In this document: positions 25,865 to 30,773 of the stretch, in pieces
Position numbering within the stretch: position 1 is the first letter of the stretch
Layout of the letters: each line of letters starts with the position of its first letter
IMG/VR virus record: IMGVR_UViG_3300013120_000077
Location: 1-30,773 of that record
DNA length: 30,773 nucleotides
Origin: a virus
Lineage: Duplodnaviria > Caudoviricetes
Strand: one strand, 5' to 3'
Made by a program: the position numbers and the translations under genes
Notes under the pieces: model-generated
What the model was told of the DNA's origin: nothing
Seen by the model: only the letters and a program-made list of their open reading frames with translations
Databases searched by the model: none

Positions 25865-25921
25865 CGAAAAAAGGTTGACAGGGCCACGGGCAGAAAAACG
25901 GGTCAACCTTTCAGGGTTGAC
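25860..25921. promoter_or_regulatory. Tandem palindromic operator GTCAAC-N8-GTTGAC (two copies)
   Basis: 25860-25879 and 25902-25921, 42 bp apart. The first overlaps the -35 box. Confidence 0.6.
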
Positions 25922-25973
25922 CCGTCATCCACAATGATGTGCTGTGAAGCGAGTGGGAAGCTCACTACCGCCC

Positions 25974-26002
25974 AACCTACCCGCCCGCCTACCTCCTGTC
26001 AA
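25974..26002 (-). promoter_or_regulatory. Second possible sigma70 promoter upstream of terL
   Basis: TTGACA (26002-25997), 17-bp spacer, TAGGTT (25979-25974). Confidence 0.45.
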
Positions 26003-26014
26003 GTCCTTCCTTAG

Positions 26015-26290
26015 CTAGACTTGGTAAACGAGGCGGTACTCAACCTGCCGGGACTTCTCGTGGCCCGTCCAGTCGCACTTGGGGCAGCCGACGGCATAAC
26101 AGATCTTGCAGGGCGGCCTATAGGGCCGCGTGGCGATCTCGTAGCCGTGGTCGCGGACGAGTTCGCCTACACGCTGTGAGAGGGTGTGGTAGTCATTGCC
26201 GAACACGGCATAAACACCAGGGTGCCACTTGCCATCGGCCAAGATCGCCAAGATCCTGCCTTTGCGAGTATCTGGCCTCACTACACGCAA
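26015..26290 (-). CDS. Winged-HTH protein with inserted CxxC-x3-CxxC
   Basis: RILAILADG...LSQRVGELVRDHGYEI...EYRL, with a CKIC-YAVG-CPKC insert. Confidence 0.7.
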   Translation of the reverse strand: MRVVRPDTRKGRILAILADGKWHPGVYAVFGNDYHTLSQRVGELVRDHGYEIATRPYRPPCKICYAVGCPKCDWTGHEKSRQVEYRLVYQV

Positions 26291-26311
26291 ATCACGCTCC
26301 TTCCATGGGTA

Positions 26312-26593
26312 CTACACTGTTACTCTGTGCCGATCCTTCAATTCACCTTTCTTCCCCCGGTTCCATTGTGAGGCCCTACTCATGTAGCCTGTGACCCGTG
26401 TGATAAAGTCCACATCGCGGCCCTGAGCACAGGCGGCGAGGATGGTGTCGAGAGTGTTGTCCTCTACCGCCTTGAAGGTGAGATGGGTCTTTGTCTGGAA
26501 GCGCAGGTTTGTGATGAGAACACCGTCGGGGTCAACTCCCCATTCCCAATCCTCGTGCCCTAGGAGAAAGTCTGTCAGGTCTTCTAGCTTCAT
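26312..26593 (-). CDS. Stand-alone class III ribonucleotide reductase C-terminal (glycyl-radical) domain protein
   Basis: ITRVTGYMS...WNRGKKGELKDR matches the NrdD C-terminal signature. Only 93 aa. Confidence 0.82.
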   Translation of the reverse strand: MKLEDLTDFLLGHEDWEWGVDPDGVLITNLRFQTKTHLTFKAVEDNTLDTILAACAQGRDVDFITRVTGYMSRASQWNRGKKGELKDRHRVTV

Positions 26594-26901
26594 TCGCCGT
26601 TCCCTCCTTGGAATCCTATGCCGTTGCCTCTCGTCAACCGTTCGCGGATGTGCTTGGGGTCGAACTCGAGATCATCCTCGTCCATCTTACTGATCTTCTC
26701 GAAAAGGGCTCGTGTGGCGGTATTGACTGCCGCATCGATCAGTTCGCGGTACGTTTCTTCTTCGCAGTCCACATCGCCGTCCAGAGCGCGGATGTCATCT
26801 TTCTTGATCGAGACCGTCGAATCCGCACACGTCATCCCGAGACTCACGCGCACGCTCAGGCGCAGCCACCGGCGCTTCTCGTCGTGCTTCGCTTCTGCCA
26901 T
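26590..26901 (-). CDS. Hypothetical protein
   Basis: ATG 26901 with GGAGA RBS; stop overlaps the next start (ATGA). Confidence 0.65.
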   Translation of the reverse strand: MAEAKHDEKRRWLRLSVRVSLGMTCADSTVSIKKDDIRALDGDVDCEEETYRELIDAAVNTATRALFEKISKMDEDDLEFDPKHIRERLTRGNGIGFQGGNGE

Positions 26902-26966
26902 GGTGTCTCCATGTGGGGGAGTGCCGGGGTGGAGCGTCAGCCACATACCCCACCCCGGCGGGAGGA

Positions 26967-27239
26967 CTACTTGGGTTTTCCTTTGCCGCTCGGCTTGGCG
27001 GGTGTCTCTTCTGTCGGCGTTTCTGCCGCTGCCGTAGTTGTGTTGGATGGGTGGAGAACCTCTATCTTCACTTCGATGTCCGGGCTTGCATCGCCCAGGA
27101 TGTTCAGCCCCTTGACAACCGCGTCCACGTCAACCTCGGTCAGCGTGAACTTGGTGAACTCATTGAAATCGTTGAGGTAGATCCCAAGCTCGCACTCATG
27201 CGGTGAATCGTCCGTGCCTTTGAGAATCAGGGTAATCAT
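26967..27239 (-). CDS. Hypothetical protein
   Basis: ATG 27239 (AGGAGG RBS) overlaps the stop of 27236..27430. Confidence 0.65.
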   Translation of the reverse strand: MITLILKGTDDSPHECELGIYLNDFNEFTKFTLTEVDVDAVVKGLNILGDASPDIEVKIEVLHPSNTTTAAAETPTEETPAKPSGKGKPK

Positions 27240-27430
27240 GTTCCCTCCTGTTCGTCTTTGACGGCGGCCCTGAGCCGTTGGATTCCGTCCAGTCCATCTA
27301 CGAGCGTGAACTGCCAGCGGCAGTAGATGCACATGTGGCATCCGTCCCGTGGCTTCAGCGGCCCTGCCACGTGTTCATCCTCTCTCTGGACCCTACCACA
27401 CCCTGAACACATCAGCCAGTTCTCTTGCAT
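27236..27430 (-). CDS. Small Cys-rich protein
   Basis: CSGC and CHMCIYC motifs; GGAGG RBS. Confidence 0.55.
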   Translation of the reverse strand: MQENWLMCSGCGRVQREDEHVAGPLKPRDGCHMCIYCRWQFTLVDGLDGIQRLRAAVKDEQEGT

Positions 27431-27891
27431 ACTTCCTCCCTCCGCATAAGCCTTGCCAACTCGGCACGTGCGGTGGCGATATACGCCGCCACCATCTTCG
27501 CCTGCCGCTTGTCAAGCTCAATCCGCCCGTTCTCGAACTCGCTCCAGAACCAGATGCTCCGGCGGGTCTTCGATCCCCGCTGTCCGCCCTTCACCGCGAA
27601 CGCCCTCAAGCTGTCATTGAGGATAACCCGCGCCCACCGGAGTTTCTGTGCCTGTGCGCCTTTGCGGTCGAGCCGGAGCAGGTAGTTCTCTAGCGGGAGT
27701 TCGCGGGCACGTAGCCACTTCCTGTAGCCCTGGCGCACCTTGCCGCCATCCTTGACCGTCTCGCCGTACTCAAGACGCCCGATCTCCCGGTGTGTAACCC
27801 CGAGCGTGTCGGCAACATCGTCCTGTAGTGCCGGTATCAGCATCCGCCGGATACGGAACAGCTCCGCCTCGGGATGTCTCTTCTTCCCCAC
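27412..27891 (-). CDS. XRE-like HTH protein
   Basis: QDDVADTLGVTHREIGRLEYG is an XRE-type HTH. Confidence 0.7.
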   Translation of the reverse strand: MGKKRHPEAELFRIRRMLIPALQDDVADTLGVTHREIGRLEYGETVKDGGKVRQGYRKWLRARELPLENYLLRLDRKGAQAQKLRWARVILNDSLRAFAVKGGQRGSKTRRSIWFWSEFENGRIELDKRQAKMVAAYIATARAELARLMRREEVCKRTG

Positions 27892-27895
27892 GTCC

Positions 27896-28126
27896 CTACC
27901 CCACCTTTACGATTGGCGGTTCTACCGCCTCGAACCCTTCGCAGTGTCTCAGCCATACCGGATCGAAGTTTGCCGGGTGGCGGAACCATCCACTGTCGAT
28001 ACCGTGTGCATCCGCCTCGATCCCGAGCAGGTCGGGTGTCGGGTGGGCGCACCGGCTGTGGCAGTCTCCCAGTAGCACCCGGCGGTGTTTGCAGTCATAA
28101 CAGGCGTTCTGCATCTTCTTCGTCAT
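27896..28126 (-). CDS. Conserved small Cys-rich phage protein
   Basis: CYDCKHR...DCHSRC...HGI..GWF.HP.NFDPVWL..CEGF pattern. Confidence 0.7.
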   Translation of the reverse strand: MTKKMQNACYDCKHRRVLLGDCHSRCAHPTPDLLGIEADAHGIDSGWFRHPANFDPVWLRHCEGFEAVEPPIVKVG

Positions 28127-28370
28127 TCTCGTTCCTCCATGGTTTCTGGGTGGTGCCTAAGCACTCTTCCCAGCTTCGCTGCCTTTTGCGCTCCATTTCT
28201 TGGATTGTCAGGGCGCTCCAAATGTCTGTTGTCGGCCACGTGTGAAGCCGAACCTCTGGTGGCGCGGGAGGCTTCTTCCACTTCCGCCACGATCTCGCAT
28301 CCAACACCTCAGCGAGTCTGAGGACGGCGAAGATACAGAGGAGTCCGAAAGCGATTTCGACCAGCATCAC
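28095..28370 (-). CDS. Small membrane-anchored protein
   Basis: N-terminal hydrophobic helix; start overlaps the upstream stop; GGAGG RBS. Confidence 0.55.
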   Translation of the reverse strand: MMLVEIAFGLLCIFAVLRLAEVLDARSWRKWKKPPAPPEVRLHTWPTTDIWSALTIQEMERKRQRSWEECLGTTQKPWRNENDEEDAERLL

Positions 28371-29149
28371 TCCTCCTTGTTCTGCCAGATGAGCGTGTCC
28401 ACACCAACGTGCGCCTCGACCAACGCCGCGAACGCAGCCGTCTTGATGCGGTCCTCTCTGTCGATGCCCTCACCGGGATAGCCGGTTCCCGGTGGAATGA
28501 AGTGGTACTCCTCCATGTGTGTGTTGCCGACACCGTACTTGCCGTACATTGCCTCGTGCCATGTACCCTGCGCCGAGCTACCCATGATATTCGGCCAGCT
28601 CTCATAGCAGAGTCCGTCGAGGTGGTTCAGCATAGTCGTCCAGCCGTTGCCTATGAGCTTCAGGCCGCGCCAACCGTTGCGCCCCATGCGGAACCGGAGC
28701 GCCGTCACAAACAGGCGCATCCCTTCGGCCCAATCGTCGTCATGGATGTTGTCGGCGCTCGTCCAGCCGATCTTGTCCCACACGCAGTCGAGAAACAGAC
28801 CCGTCACACGCGGATGTGGTACGCCGAAGAAGTCTGCGATGATACGTGCTACCTGTACGCCATCAAGACCCATGTTGACCAGGTGCGCGTTGAACATCTC
28901 CACTGGCTTGCCGTCCGTCTGTGCGAGCCGGCAGTTATCTCGAAGCGTGTTATAGGGTTCGCCGCCGTAGCCGATGCCGATGTAGCACGCCGGGATGTGA
29001 ACGTAGATCTCCAAGTGCTCCGGCAGATCGGCAATCCAGTGCTTCGCATCGCGGTAGCACTCCAACGGGACACACACCGCATCGAACGTGCTCCAATCAA
29101 CCGTTGGCTCCTGCGGCCACGGTCGCAAGAAGTAGCCTCTACGCATCAC
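28367..29149 (-). CDS. Putative glycoside-hydrolase-like TIM-barrel protein
   Basis: GLFLDCVW...GMRLFVTALR...LIGNG...DGLCYE, resembling GHL15/GH114-like barrels. Confidence 0.55.
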   Translation of the reverse strand: MMRRGYFLRPWPQEPTVDWSTFDAVCVPLECYRDAKHWIADLPEHLEIYVHIPACYIGIGYGGEPYNTLRDNCRLAQTDGKPVEMFNAHLVNMGLDGVQVARIIADFFGVPHPRVTGLFLDCVWDKIGWTSADNIHDDDWAEGMRLFVTALRFRMGRNGWRGLKLIGNGWTTMLNHLDGLCYESWPNIMGSSAQGTWHEAMYGKYGVGNTHMEEYHFIPPGTGYPGEGIDREDRIKTAAFAALVEAHVGVDTLIWQNKEE

Positions 29150-29463
29150 TCCTCCTCGCGCTTGCGGGTGATGGTGATTGTGTAGGTGGCACCGTCATCG
29201 GTTAGCCTGCCATCGTCGTTGAGATCGAACACGGTTTCTCCGCTTTCATTCTCAAGCCACGGCCACGAATCCCATTCAACACGGAGCAGCCCCGTACCCG
29301 TGGCATCCGGCACAACCACCTTGCAGGCGCGAAGGATGGCACGCATTGCTTCAATCTCGGGCGTTGCGAGTCCACCGTCTTCTAGCACGGCATAGCCCTT
29401 GAACAAGGACTGCATCAACGAGCGGAGCCTCTTCGCCCCAGCCTCCACGTCCAACGCGACCAA
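29146..29463 (-). CDS. Hypothetical protein
   Basis: Stop overlaps the start of 28367..29149; protein-like composition. Confidence 0.55.
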   Translation of the reverse strand: MVALDVEAGAKRLRSLMQSLFKGYAVLEDGGLATPEIEAMRAILRACKVVVPDATGTGLLRVEWDSWPWLENESGETVFDLNDDGRLTDDGATYTITITRKREEE

Positions 29464-29657
29464 CGAACCCTCGTGGGTTGAGTAGTGGGTCGTCTTCCCA
29501 TATGCGTTTGGGCAGTATGCTGAATCCGCCAGGGTCGGGCCACCACTTGCCGTTGTAGAAACGTTCTTTGGATGCCACGGGGTGAGGGCTCCCTTGGATT
29601 ACGGTTTGCGTCTGGCCCTTGCTATGGCGGTCGCTCGTGCGTGTGCTTGGTCGTGTG

Positions 29658-29861
29658 TTATGTGATCGTCGTCCCATGCCCGCGTTTCCTACGTGCGCTT
29701 TCAGCCCAACAGACGCCCGTTACCACCAGACCTTCGCCGCCGCGTTCCTTGTACCTCTCGCAGCACCAGCGTCCCTGTCTGATCGGGAAGCCCTTTGTCG
29801 CCAGCATCGTCAGCAGGGACGTCTCTGGCCTGTTGAACTCGACGTCTGGTTTGTACCCCAT
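29658..29861 (-). pseudogene. PAPS-reductase-family fragment
   Basis: KGFP..QGRWCCERYKE...VVTGVCWAESARRK is an internal motif block only (67 aa). The usual Arg of GVR is Cys. Confidence 0.6.
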
Positions 29862-29886
29862 GTGGTGCCTCCTGTTTTCGCCCAGC

Positions 29887-29939
29887 GGGGGGTGGCCGTC
29901 GGGTCTACCCTTGCGGTCTAGCCCTGTTGGTCCACCCCC
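29887..29939 (-). other. Intergenic stem-loop with GCAA tetraloop
   Basis: GGGGGUGG/CCACCCCC outer stem and an inner CC-GCAA-GG hairpin. Confidence 0.35.
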
Positions 29940-30153
29940 GCCGAGCTTATCCTCTCACCTTGGTTATTTGGTCGAACCGACTCCAGCGACGCGATCGAAG
30001 GTGTGCGCAGATAACCTTGCGCGTGTTGGAGCCCTCGTCATGTAGCCCCACCCCCTTTCCCCGTGAACCAACCAACCTAGCCCCAGTAGCCGCCAGCGTC
30101 TCGGTGAAGTTGTCAGTCCTTGCGCTTAGGCCATACTGTGTGGGCACCACGTG

Positions 30154-30773
30154 TCACTCCGTTTCCATGAACGCGCTCACGAACGCCGCCGCGACTTGCG
30201 GCACGATTGCATTGCCCGCTCCCCGCAGGAGGCCCACGCGCCCGGGTACCCCATCAGCCAGAGGGAAAAGCGAGGGTTCAACTTCCAGCCGGTCATGTCG
30301 GGGAGGCGGAACGCTTCCGCAATGTCCTCCAGCTTGCGCAGTCCGCCGCCCTGCCCCTTCTCCCTCTGACACGGGCCGTCGCTCGGGAGCTTCGGGGTCT
30401 GGTAGCCGGCCAGCCTTGCTTGCTCCTCGCATGAAACCTGGCGCATCCCCGCACTCTCCGCATCCTCCGCTCGACTCGTGGCCCAGCCCGCCAGCTCCGC
30501 CTGACTGTGAAGATTCTTGCTGGCCTTGGTCCCGCGCGCTTCCCGGGCCTGTTGCGTCTCGTAACTCTCCGTGCTCTCGTCGGCCCGCGGCGTGCCCCAC
30601 CCATCTCGCCGGAACCCTTCGCCACTTCCCGTCACGGCAGGGCCACCAGACGGAGCGGGACCAGTCAGGAGGGCGACATTGGGTAATTCCTGCTTGTCCC
30701 GGCCTGCGCTGCCCCTTCCGTCGGCTCTCATCGCTGTCGGCCACCCTGCGGCCTGGGCGGCGATCCCCAACGT
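30154..30773 (-). CDS. C5-cytosine DNA methyltransferase, C-terminal part (motif X frame), 5'-truncated
   Basis: CRDGKWR, FPLADGVPGRVGLLRGAGNAIVPQVA. The frame is open to the window edge. Confidence 0.85.
   Translation of the reverse strand, partial: VGDRRPGRRVADSDESRRKGQRRPGQAGITQCRPPDWSRSVWWPCRDGKWRRVPARWVGHAAGRREHGELRDATGPGSARDQGQQESSQSGGAGGLGHESSGGCGECGDAPGFMRGASKAGRLPDPEAPERRPVSEGEGAGRRTAQAGGHCGSVPPPRHDRLEVEPSLFPLADGVPGRVGLLRGAGNAIVPQVAAAFVSAFMETE
30177..30773 (-). CDS. Overlapping alternative-frame methyltransferase polypeptide (motif IX-like, WxTP repeats), 5'-truncated
   Basis: GWPT/GWGTP/GWAT/GYQTP repeats and LNPRFSLWLMGYP. The frame is open to the window edge. Confidence 0.75.
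   Translation of the reverse strand, partial: TLGIAAQAAGWPTAMRADGRGSAGRDKQELPNVALLTGPAPSGGPAVTGSGEGFRRDGWGTPRADESTESYETQQAREARGTKASKNLHSQAELAGWATSRAEDAESAGMRQVSCEEQARLAGYQTPKLPSDGPCQREKGQGGGLRKLEDIAEAFRLPDMTGWKLNPRFSLWLMGYPGAWASCGERAMQSCRKSRRRS

Noticed and set aside
29887-29939. SRP RNA or c-di-GMP riboswitch
   Set aside because: The resemblance is superficial (CC-GCAA-GG); the conserved internal-loop and second-stem nucleotides are missing.
29351-30150. ORFs 29351..29677 and 29947..30150 as genes
   Set aside because: They have no motifs, weak start signals and, for the first, substantial overlap with another ORF. Not supportable.
1-30773. Stop-codon recoding, tRNA genes, integrase or transposase, introns or inteins
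   Set aside because: Core genes are full length under the standard code, and no cloverleaf, recombinase, transposase or splicing motifs were recognised by eye.

Overview
This is a 30.8-kb segment of a tailed dsDNA bacteriophage with a siphovirus-like layout (tail tube plus an 861-aa tape measure protein, no sheath seen). Every credible gene is on the minus strand. In transcription order (high to low coordinates) the window holds: (1) the 3' end of a C5-cytosine DNA methyltransferase encoded in two overlapping frames; (2) small accessory genes, including a PAPS-reductase-like remnant, a glycoside-hydrolase-like protein and a stand-alone NrdD-type glycyl-radical domain; (3) a near-consensus sigma70-type promoter with a tandem palindromic operator; (4) a lambda-gpA-like large terminase, a SAM O-methyltransferase, portal, scaffold, major capsid and two paralogous head proteins; (5) four glycosyltransferases inserted in the morphogenesis operon; (6) head-tail joining, tail tube, a tail chaperone with a -1 frameshift, tape measure and tail-tip genes; (7) a lysis cassette (holin-like, NlpC/P60, DUF1353); (8) a second promoter with a structured leader, ERF recombinase and a Gly-X repeat gene cut by the window edge. 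The best candidate for an undescribed system is phage-encoded virion glycosylation. The glycosyl- and methyltransferases sit beside virion proteins that are strongly enriched in Gly-Thr dipeptides, which may be an O-glycosylation acceptor motif. An exact 45-bp copy of terminase sequence is also inserted in frame in the O-methyltransferase gene. All family calls come from motif recognition by eye, not database searches.
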